From Chthoniobacteraceae bacterium (GTDB taxonomy: Bacteria; Verrucomicrobiota; Verrucomicrobiia; Chthoniobacterales; Chthoniobacteraceae): 64,000 nt of DNA. The translations under genes and the position numbers were made by a program. Below, piece by piece: positions 45,701 to 52,491 of the stretch; position 1 is the first letter of the stretch, and the number at the start of each line of letters is the position of its first letter. The notes below the pieces were generated by a model. It saw only the letters and a list, made by a program, of their open reading frames with translations, was not told where the DNA came from and did not search any database. The stretch is taken from contig JANNXQ010000170.1 of the NCBI GenBank assembly GCA_031409655.1, forward strand, positions 24,499 through 88,498, in the 5' to 3' direction.

Positions 45701-48700
45701 CTACGGCACCAGTTTCACGACCGGCAACGGCAACGTCGTTATCATTGCGCCATCCAACGGTTTGGTCGATCCGGCCGTGACTACGGCTTTCACCGTCAAT
45801 TTTGAACCGGCCAAGTATGCCAACGCTAGCATTGGCACTATGAACGTGGAGGTCATCAATAAGCCGCTCAAAGAGTGGTCCTCGATGGGCAATGAGCGTT
45901 ACGTGCGCATCCCTGTCGTCGGCGGCACGCGGTATGACATCCAGCTCGATACGTATGAGAATACGAGCTATGCGCGGGCCATTCTTTATTGGTACAGCCC
46001 CAGCCAGACGAAACAGGTCATCCCGACGGAGCGTCTTTATCCCACCTCAGTGCCACAGGCTCCGGTGGCACACGCTGGTGCGACAGAGGCTGCCGCAGTC
46101 GTCGGCTCGGCCTTCAACTATTTGGTGGGCGGAACCAATGGCAGCTCGGTCACCGTCTCCGGGCTCCCGGCCGGGCTGACCTACAACGCCGGGGTCATCA
46201 GTGGCACGGCGACAACCGCAGGCGATTATCAAGTCCTGCTCACGATCACGAACGGTGTGGGTACGAGCACCTCGGTTCTCAATCTGCATGTGGAAGCGCC
46301 GGCCGGCTCCATCGTGCGCGAACATTGGAACGGCGTCGCGGGAACGGCAGTGGCGAATCTTTCCACGGAAATTGCGGCTGGCACACCGCCGACGGGCACG
46401 ACGAACCTTAGCTCTTTGGAAGGACCGACCGACTTCGGCGACAATTATGGCGCTCGCATTCGCGGTTACATCACCGCTCCGGTCACCGGCAATTACTACT
46501 TCTGGATCGCGGCCAGCAATGCCGCCGAGCTTTGGATTTCCAATGATGACGAGCCGGTCAGCGCGCTGAAGCGGGCTTCGGTGGCGACTGGTAACACGAC
46601 GCCTCGTACGTGGAGCGGCGAAGTGAAACAGAAATCGCCGTGGCTCGCTCTGGAGGCCGGGCAAAGGTATTACGTCGAAATCCTGCACAAGGCCGGAACA
46701 GGCGCAGGCGACAACCTCGCGGTCGGCTGGCGCAAGCCGGGCGAGACCGGCACCGCGCCGAGCGAAGTCGTGCCTGGGAATGTGCTCTCTCCGTATGTGG
46801 CACCGGCACCGGGCTCGACCCCTGGCACCCTCTACGTAGCCACGATGCTGGCGCAGAACGGCGCGGTGACCAAGGGCGTGGGAGTGGCCACTTTCCGCCT
46901 GAGCGACGATGACAATGTGGCCTACATCAAGTTTGACCGGCAGGGATTCCTGAACCCGCCTTATAATGGCCTGACGGGAATAATGACGGATTGGCACGTG
47001 CATAACGATCCGTATCTCACCCGCCCTTCGAGCATTATGTTCGATCCGAATGCCCCGCCCGCCAACAGTGGCTTGCAGCCGGACGGCAGCTTTAAGTGGA
47101 CGATACCCAACCTGGTTGGAACGATTCCCAAGGCCGAAGTCGTGGAACTGATCAAGCAGGGTAAGGCTTACATCAATATCCATACTACGGCTTATCTGAA
47201 TGGAGAAATCCGCGGCAACTTCACCTTGGCCAGCGGCACCCGCACCTTCACCCCGCCGCCGGCGCCGCCGGCGTGGACCGACGACAGCAGCACTAATGAC
47301 GGAGCCTCCCGCTTCCTTGCGCAGGCTTCCTTTGGGGCTAACATCGCCGACATCACCGCTTTGAAGGCACTGGCAGCGACTGGCGCTGTTCCCACTGCGG
47401 GGATCCCGGCCAGCCGCTACGACAAGTGGATCGACAATCAGTTCCTCGTTGGCGCTACCCAGCATCTGCCGGAAGTTCTGGCGCGTGAGTATGGGAATGT
47501 GTTCGGCCCTTTTGATGTCTCGTTGAGTTTCAACGCTTGGTGGAAGGCATCGATGACCGCCCCGGATCAGCTCCGGCAGCGCGTGGCTTTCGCCTTGAGT
47601 GAGATTCACGTGGTCTCCGGTCAGGGGCCGCTGGAGGATAATGCCCGCGCCATTTCGGACTTTTACGACACGCTGGCTACCAATGCCTTCGGCAACTTCC
47701 GGGACATCGTGGTCGGCACCACTCTCACTCCGGGAATGGGTCGCTATCTGGATATGCTGCGCAACGACAAGCCCGATATCTCGGTCGGACGCAGCCCCAA
47801 TGAAAACTACGCCCGCGAGATCAAACAGCTTTTCACCATCGGACTCTACGAGATGTGGCCGGATGGCAGCTTGAAGCTCACCTCCAAGGATGCACCGATC
47901 GATACCTACACCCAGCGGGAGATTGTCGGCCTTTCGCATGTCTTCACCGGATGGGACTACGCGTACGACGGTGCTTACCGCACGGCGTTCGGTGCTACGG
48001 CGGACTGGACCCGGCCGATGCGCGAGATTCCCGCCCGGCACTTCACGGGTCAGAAGCGCGTCTTGAACAACGAGGTGCTGCCGGGGCTTTCTACGGTGGG
48101 TGGCCAGCCGTTGGATCCGAATGCGACCCATATCACCACGCATTTCAACGACCCCGCGTATCAGGCGCTCGCCGCGCAGGAACTCACCGCCGCGCATGAC
48201 ATGCTCTTCAATCATCCGAACGTCGGCCCGTTTATCTGCCGGCAGCTCATTCAGCGTCTGGTGACGGCCAACCCGTCGCGCGACTATCTCTATCGTGTAG
48301 TCCAGAAGTTCAATGACAATGGGTCGGGCGTGCGCGGGGACATGAAGGCAGTGATCAAAGCCATTCTGCTGGATTACGAAGCGCGGAGCACCGGTCAATT
48401 CGCGATCCCGGCTTACGGCAAACAGCGTGAACCGATCATGCGCGTCGCCCAAGCGGCCCGTGCGCTCCGGCCGAACAACGTGACCGGAACGTATACTCAG
48501 AATAACTCGAACCTGATCACCATCGCCACGAGCACTTCGCATCTGCTTACCGATGGGGAAAGCGTCTTCCTGGAGTTCGCCGATGCCACGGCGGCCGGAG
48601 CGCAACCCGCGCCGACCACTGGCTCGTACATTGTGAACGTCATCAATGCGACTTCCTACACCATCGACGCCCCGGGCTGGATGGTCGGATCCTACAATCA

Positions 48701-50177
48701 GTCGGCGGGCTCCAATGTGATGACCATCACGATGTCTGGGCATTATTTGCCCGGGAATAATGCCAACGTGATCCCGTCGGTCCAGGTGCTGCCAACTGCA
48801 AACAAGGGACAAGCCTATTTCGATTTCACCAGTGGCACAGCCAATGGCCTGGCTGGTTTCGACCAAACGGTCCGATCGGTCGCCACTTCCACGTCGTATG
48901 ATATCCCCAGCGCGGTAGGTAATACGGCAACGGCGCCCAACATCAATGGGAATGCCTCCGGGACGACCTTCACGATCACCGCGCCGGATACCACGGCGCG
49001 CAGTGGAAACCTGAGGGTCTCGCGCTTCCCCAGTAGCTACCAGAGCACGGGCCGGGCTGGCGTCATCACGATCGACACTTCATATGGTGGGTCCGGTACG
49101 TTCGGACAGCAGGCAGATCATGGACTGTCCGTTGGGGACGCCATGTTCCTCAATTTCTACGGATCGCGGGATACGACTTCGTTTAACGAAACCTCCACGG
49201 AGAACGATCTCGTCTATACCGTTGCGAGCGTTCCCGATGCGAATACCTTCACGGTCGCGGCACGGGATGCAGCCAATGCGGCGATGAACAGTGGCAACGA
49301 AGTCATCGTGTTCCCGCTCGAGGCGCAGCCTTTGGTTCGCAACGGGACAATCTCCGCGCGTCCCTCCACCTTTGCGATGAGCAACACGGACGGGGACCTT
49401 CAGCAGACGCCACTGAACTCGACGACGGTGTTCAACTTCTTCCTGCCCGACTACAAGTACGCCGGGACGCTGGCTTCGCAGGGCATCACCACTCCGGAGT
49501 TCCAGATCACGTCAGAGACCACGGCCATGCGTCAGGCAAACTTCCTCTTCAATGGTGTTTTCAATCCTTCAGGGAGCACCACCGGGGTCAGTAGCTTTAA
49601 GTCTGGAACTCACGCGTTGGTCATGGACCTGAGCCGTTGGATGAACGGCAACGCGGCAAACTTGGGCCTCGGCGTCCCAACCAGCACCTTGGTGCCGTGG
49701 ACGCAGAATCAAAACCTCGCTGAACTTATCAACCAGCTCAGTACGCTGCTGATGGCCGGGCGCCTGCCGCAACCGGCCAAGGATATCATCAAGAACTTCA
49801 TCGCCACGCCGATCACCTCCATCGGCACCGGCAATCCATGCTTGGTGACGACGACTGTTGCGCACGGGTTGAAGACTGGTGATGTCGTACTTGTCAGCGG
49901 CGTCGCGGACGGAACGTTTGGTGGTGTCGCAAACAGCTTGAATAACACGAACACCACGCGGGCCGTGACGGTGACGGGACCGACCGACGGAACCTCGACA
50001 ACGTTCACGATTCCGTTGAGTTGCACGATTGCCCCGACTGGTCTGACCAACGCCCATGTCTCGGTGATTCCCTACAATCAGGGTGACACGACTCCTAACG
50101 TCACCGACAAGCTCGGTCGCTTGCGCACCATCATCCATCTTATCCTCACCAGCCCCGATTACACCATCCAGCGATAG
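42762..50177 (+). CDS. giant secreted multidomain protein 2 (paralogue of protein 1, same domain order)
   Basis: ORF 42714..50177 (TTG) trimmed to ATG 42762, where the signal peptide starts (MSRFTRFLAALAASFALIPTGRA|AL). 2471 aa and collinear with protein 1. Confidence 0.9.
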   Translation: MSRFTRFLAALAASFALIPTGRAALDVSPADGIPDIWALVQGVSVLTPAGDDDGDGQTNVAEAAAGTNPKNATEVLKIKSITKSGSNVTLIFPAILSKKYEVQGATTLTTTPPTNFVTIGSPFVPGADGDYTAVVAAGSAKFFRVLVSDLDTDNDGLSNYEERMIGLNPLLADSDGDTVSDLNYVTAQLALADTLSIRALESIASEDGPTSGEFEVYRSRSLFTINVPYDVGGTATVSTDYAALAGSVTLARTFTSAKFNVNPNPDSIVEGSESVQVTLTPPPGGLSSQYLLGSPSVATVIITDKTTPVGTGLTARYYDHANTIYAHAANFGDAASYAYTRSGTTPNFTGSVVITPTGLTPDRLTTVLAAVTVNGQVKLSFNGGNLNTAVYNHQNYTVTAKNATSFTCTVPPGASLPGSSSSTCNFSIQPLHPAVIDRIDTVVNNDWAYGTPNGVTLATHGAPRLANFPDDYSASFETYLVPTTTGSYRFQFDADDKARVLLDTGSGLVEILEHGWDGATTPETIGVFKVSAASYTLTAGQRYKMRVEHVETTGDARCRLQWSRDLGGFVNIPQAEQITQTQAATYVFNKLTTTTGTAVITLTSHGLNNGDPVTLAFSTSNLFTPASYSGNYTVANATTNTFEVAIADPVAVPNTVAAGQGCFLENRPLSTTTGVFNRTYAGTAFAGFPLRVGVDGAVTTGNNGIWGSGTPDVGLVSPSTYINPDTFSIRWTGQVQPQFTEEYTFVVHADEGSTLKINGQTQEMQAAPSSIVGGSTYLYDNATGNTVINYSGNAVKPGGFIVGETIRLDPSTGNLTHPNGSTYSYDSVTGLAVIDFSNLTSVLPNGFGVGRIVEIDPTGGTASALANARYTITAATATTFTVSFGVGAFAPQAVAPTATINVTDNRNAVITAVHATGTGTYAYSSTTGDAVIDYTGLGIPNNTVTVGQSVALDPSSGNLSTLPNAFATVTAATATTFTVNYGTSFTTGNGNVVIIAPSNGLVDPAVTTAFTVNFEPAKYANASIGTMNVEVINKPLKEWSSMGNERYVRIPVVGGTRYDIQLDTYENTSYARAILYWYSPSQTKQVIPTERLYPTSVPQAPVAHAGATEAAAVVGSAFNYLVGGTNGSSVTVSGLPAGLTYNAGVISGTATTAGDYQVLLTITNGVGTSTSVLNLHVEAPAGSIVREHWNGVAGTAVANLSTEIAAGTPPTGTTNLSSLEGPTDFGDNYGARIRGYITAPVTGNYYFWIAASNAAELWISNDDEPVSALKRASVATGNTTPRTWSGEVKQKSPWLALEAGQRYYVEILHKAGTGAGDNLAVGWRKPGETGTAPSEVVPGNVLSPYVAPAPGSTPGTLYVATMLAQNGAVTKGVGVATFRLSDDDNVAYIKFDRQGFLNPPYNGLTGIMTDWHVHNDPYLTRPSSIMFDPNAPPANSGLQPDGSFKWTIPNLVGTIPKAEVVELIKQGKAYINIHTTAYLNGEIRGNFTLASGTRTFTPPPAPPAWTDDSSTNDGASRFLAQASFGANIADITALKALAATGAVPTAGIPASRYDKWIDNQFLVGATQHLPEVLAREYGNVFGPFDVSLSFNAWWKASMTAPDQLRQRVAFALSEIHVVSGQGPLEDNARAISDFYDTLATNAFGNFRDIVVGTTLTPGMGRYLDMLRNDKPDISVGRSPNENYAREIKQLFTIGLYEMWPDGSLKLTSKDAPIDTYTQREIVGLSHVFTGWDYAYDGAYRTAFGATADWTRPMREIPARHFTGQKRVLNNEVLPGLSTVGGQPLDPNATHITTHFNDPAYQALAAQELTAAHDMLFNHPNVGPFICRQLIQRLVTANPSRDYLYRVVQKFNDNGSGVRGDMKAVIKAILLDYEARSTGQFAIPAYGKQREPIMRVAQAARALRPNNVTGTYTQNNSNLITIATSTSHLLTDGESVFLEFADATAAGAQPAPTTGSYIVNVINATSYTIDAPGWMVGSYNQSAGSNVMTITMSGHYLPGNNANVIPSVQVLPTANKGQAYFDFTSGTANGLAGFDQTVRSVATSTSYDIPSAVGNTATAPNINGNASGTTFTITAPDTTARSGNLRVSRFPSSYQSTGRAGVITIDTSYGGSGTFGQQADHGLSVGDAMFLNFYGSRDTTSFNETSTENDLVYTVASVPDANTFTVAARDAANAAMNSGNEVIVFPLEAQPLVRNGTISARPSTFAMSNTDGDLQQTPLNSTTVFNFFLPDYKYAGTLASQGITTPEFQITSETTAMRQANFLFNGVFNPSGSTTGVSSFKSGTHALVMDLSRWMNGNAANLGLGVPTSTLVPWTQNQNLAELINQLSTLLMAGRLPQPAKDIIKNFIATPITSIGTGNPCLVTTTVAHGLKTGDVVLVSGVADGTFGGVANSLNNTNTTRAVTVTGPTDGTSTTFTIPLSCTIAPTGLTNAHVSVIPYNQGDTTPNVTDKLGRLRTIIHLILTSPDYTIQR
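43341..43605 (+). other. Calx-beta domain (giant protein 2)
   Basis: LSIRALESIASEDGPTSGEFEVYRS...YDVGGTATVSTDYAALAGSVTLARTFTSAKFNVNP...ESVQVTL. Confidence 0.75.
43689..44466 (+). other. PA14-like domain 1 with nested module
   Basis: GLTARYYDHAN...[insert]...IDTVVNNDW...DDYSASFETYLVPTTTGSYRFQFDADDKARVLLD...YKMRVEHVETTGDARCRLQWS. Confidence 0.7.
44781..46004 (+). other. PA14-like domain 2 split by a ~265-aa insertion (about 45059-45852)
   Basis: The N-part is GVFNRTYAGTAF...FSIRWTGQVQPQFTEEYTFVVHADEGSTLKINGQ. The C-part is ERYVRIPVVGGTRYDIQLDTYENTSYARAILYWYSPS. Confidence 0.7.
46308..46745 (+). other. PA14/GLEYA-like domain 3
   Basis: SIVREHWNGVAG...DNYGARIRGYITAPVTGNYYFWIAASNAAELWISNDD...GQRYYVEILHKAGTGAGDNLAVGWRKPGE. 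Confidence 0.65.
46824..47228 (+). other. CHRD domain
   Basis: LYVATMLAQNGAVTKGVGVATFRLSDDDNVAYIKF...TDWHVHNDP...GKAYINIHTTAYLNGEIRGN. Confidence 0.65.
47301..50174 (+). other. DUF1800 domain with a ~297-aa internal insertion (about 48478-49370) and an extra C-terminal module (49839-50024)
   Basis: ASRFLAQASFGA, LRQRVAFALSEIHVVS, FGNFRDIV..TLTPGMGRYLD, PNENYAREIKQLFTIGL, YTQREIVGLSHVFTGW, HPNVGPFICRQLIQRLV and terminal LILTSPDYTIQR. Confidence 0.75.
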
Positions 50178-50182
50178 CCCGT

Positions 50183-51670
50183 ATGAGAACCGACCAAGAT
50201 CCCAAACTTACGAATCGCAGAGATTTCATCCGGCAGGCCTCCTGTGCCGCAGTCGGCTCGCTGGCGCTCAAGAGCACCATCCGGGATCTGCGCCTGATCA
50301 ATTCCGCGCTCGCCGTGCAGCCCGCATTGACTGGCTACAAAGCACTGGTCTGCGTGTTTCTCAGTGGGGGAAATGACTCGAACAACTGGATCGTCCCGAC
50401 CGATCCTACGACGTTCGCGGATTACACCTCCATCCGCGGCAATCTCGCGCTCGCGCAGCCGTCTTTGCTCCCCTTGTGGGCGAACGCGGCTGGCACCATA
50501 CCCTACACGGACTCTGATGGTCACACGTATGGCTTCCATCCCAGTTGTCCGGAACTCCAGACCCTCTTTAAGGAAGACAAGCTGGCCGTAGTCCTCAATG
50601 TGGGAACCATCGTGCGCCCGACCACTCGCACACAGTATCTGTCCGGCCTCCAAGCGTATCGGCCGCCACAGCTTTTTTCGCACAGTGATCAGGTCACGCA
50701 GTGGCAAACCTCGATCCCCGACGTTCCCCCGACCACGGGGTGGGGCGGTCGTGTCGCCGATCTCGTCAATGCCGCAGCGTCGAATCCGTCGAATAGCATC
50801 TCCATGTCCGTCTCCGTCAGCGGGGCGAACACCTTCGAGATCGGAAACCTCATCTCACAATACCAAGTCTCCACCACCGGGGCAGTGGTCCTGACGGGAG
50901 ACACGCTGATGACGAGCGGCGGTCCACGTTCGCGCGCTTTCCAGGCGATCGCCCGTCTTTCCGACATCAATTTGCAGCGGACGGCAGTGGCCGATGTGAC
51001 CAAGAATGCGATCGCAAAGGGCGATCTGCTCAACGCCAACATTTCTGACACAGCGCTCGATACGTATTGGAATGTTCCATTCCCCAATACGACCCTTGGC
51101 AATGAATTGAAGATGGTCGCCCGCCTGATCCAGGCGCGCGGATCGACGAAATTCAACATGAAGCGTCAGATCTTCTTCACGTCGGTCGGCGGGTACGACA
51201 CGCATACTTCGCAGGTCTCGGTGAATGGACAAGACCAGCCGGAGAGCCCGCAGGGCGCACATTACCGGCTCCTCGATGAGGTGAGCTCCTGTATGTTCGC
51301 GTTCCAGCGCGCGATGGAACAACTTGGCGAGTCGAACAATGTCACGGCATTCACGGCCAGCGATTTTGCCCGCACCCTTCCGACCAACAGCCAGGGCAGC
51401 GATCATGGCTGGGGCGGTCATCACATCATCGTGGGTGGCGCAGGCGGTGCCACAGGCGCAGTGAAGGGCGGGAAGACCTACGGCCAACTGCCCGTGTTGG
51501 CGATCAATGGCCCGAATGACACCGGCCTGGGCCGCTGGATCCCGACCATTGCGGTCGATCAACATGCGGCCACGCTGGCGAAATGGTTCGGCGTGGATTC
51601 AACGGAGATGGATGCCATTTTCCCGAATCTAAATCGTTTCTCGACTCGAGATCTGCTCTTCATGGCCTGA
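50183..51670 (+). CDS. Tat-exported DUF1501 protein, partner of giant protein 2
   Basis: Twin-arginine motif NRRDFIR. Motifs FLSGGNDSNN, LFSHSDQ, VGGYDTHTSQ and GSDHGWGGHH. The ATG is 5 nt after the giant-gene stop. Confidence 0.85.
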   Translation: MRTDQDPKLTNRRDFIRQASCAAVGSLALKSTIRDLRLINSALAVQPALTGYKALVCVFLSGGNDSNNWIVPTDPTTFADYTSIRGNLALAQPSLLPLWANAAGTIPYTDSDGHTYGFHPSCPELQTLFKEDKLAVVLNVGTIVRPTTRTQYLSGLQAYRPPQLFSHSDQVTQWQTSIPDVPPTTGWGGRVADLVNAAASNPSNSISMSVSVSGANTFEIGNLISQYQVSTTGAVVLTGDTLMTSGGPRSRAFQAIARLSDINLQRTAVADVTKNAIAKGDLLNANISDTALDTYWNVPFPNTTLGNELKMVARLIQARGSTKFNMKRQIFFTSVGGYDTHTSQVSVNGQDQPESPQGAHYRLLDEVSSCMFAFQRAMEQLGESNNVTAFTASDFARTLPTNSQGSDHGWGGHHIIVGGAGGATGAVKGGKTYGQLPVLAINGPNDTGLGRWIPTIAVDQHAATLAKWFGVDSTEMDAIFPNLNRFSTRDLLFMA

Positions 51671-51816
51671 GCTGGGAAAATCTCTTTTATCGGGAGCGCT
51701 GAGGCCGGACAGTTCCGGGGCTCGGCAATTCGCCGAGGAAAACGCAGTAGTTTTAAGGTCGGGTACTTTCTTTCTTTGCCTGGCAACGGCTGCTAAGGTT
51801 TGAACCTCTGTAACAT

Positions 51817-52422
51817 ATGAAAGCAAAAGTCATCCTCCTCGTTTTGGTCCTCGGTGGAATTGTTCTGTGGCGCATGAATCGTCCGGCCCCGAGCGGATCG
51901 ACTGAAGTAGTCCCCGCGGCTCCATCCGAGCATCAGGCTGGGGCGTCGAAGCCTGGATCTGTCCCGAACGCTGCCCCGGCACCTGCCATTCCTTCGGCTC
52001 CCGGTAGTACTCCTTCGCCGCAGGGTGCGGCGGTTCCTCCGCCTGCTCCTGCTCCGATGGCGAACGGGGGCGGAGCGATCACAGTTCCGCCGCCTTTGCC
52101 TGGTGCGGAGAACGTTGACGAACGGGAGGTTGCGGCCTCGGATGGAGAAAATGTGCGGCTGATGTTGCGCGATTTCCGCACGGTGATGGGAGAGAACCCA
52201 GTGGGTAGCAACGCGGAGATCATGAAGGCGGTGATGGGCGGGAATCCGAAGCAGGCGAGACTGGGACCGCCGGCGGGGCAAAATCTGAACGGTGCGGGTG
52301 AACTCGTGGATCGCTGGGGCACGGCGTATTTCTTCCACCAGATGTCAGGAACCGAAATGGAGATCCGGTCCGCGGGAGCGGATCGGAAGTTGTTCACGAG
52401 CGACGACGTGATCAGTCGCTAG
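51817..52422 (+). CDS. membrane-anchored Pro/Ala-rich protein with GspG-like (pseudopilin C-terminal-like) domain
   Basis: N-terminal TM MKAKVILLVLVLGGIVLW, then a ~80-aa P/A/S-rich linker. The C-terminus GELVDRWGTAYFFHQMSGTEMEIRSAGADRKLFTSDDV resembles the GspG core (DPWG..Y......SAGPDG..T.DDI). No prepilin cleavage motif was seen. Confidence 0.55.
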   Translation: MKAKVILLVLVLGGIVLWRMNRPAPSGSTEVVPAAPSEHQAGASKPGSVPNAAPAPAIPSAPGSTPSPQGAAVPPPAPAPMANGGGAITVPPPLPGAENVDEREVAASDGENVRLMLRDFRTVMGENPVGSNAEIMKAVMGGNPKQARLGPPAGQNLNGAGELVDRWGTAYFFHQMSGTEMEIRSAGADRKLFTSDDVISR

Positions 52423-52491
52423 CGGGCGGCGCGGCCCGGGGCAGCCACACAGAAATTGCGGCGCGTGGGCAAACCTGCCACGCTCGACTTC

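Noticed and set aside
46047-48866. 939-aa minus-strand ORF antisense to giant gene 2
   Set aside because: It lies entirely inside the strongly supported, paralogue-conserved plus-strand frame. The product is Arg/Gly/His/Pro-rich with no recognisable domain. The synonymous-dominated divergence between the paralogues fits selection on the plus frame only.
33994-50177. Giant proteins as RTX/T1SS adhesins or as part of a mobile element
   Set aside because: They have N-terminal Sec signal peptides and end in a DUF1800 domain. They lack GGxGxD nonapeptide arrays and a C-terminal T1SS signal. No T1SS genes, transposase, integrase or flanking IS-like repeats are present around the duplicated units.
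51704-51737. Two short hairpins after DUF1501-2 (CCGGA-CAGT-TCCGG; CTCGGC-AATTC-GCCGAG) as terminators
   Set aside because: The stems are only 5-6 bp with no following U-tract, too weak to call from sequence alone.
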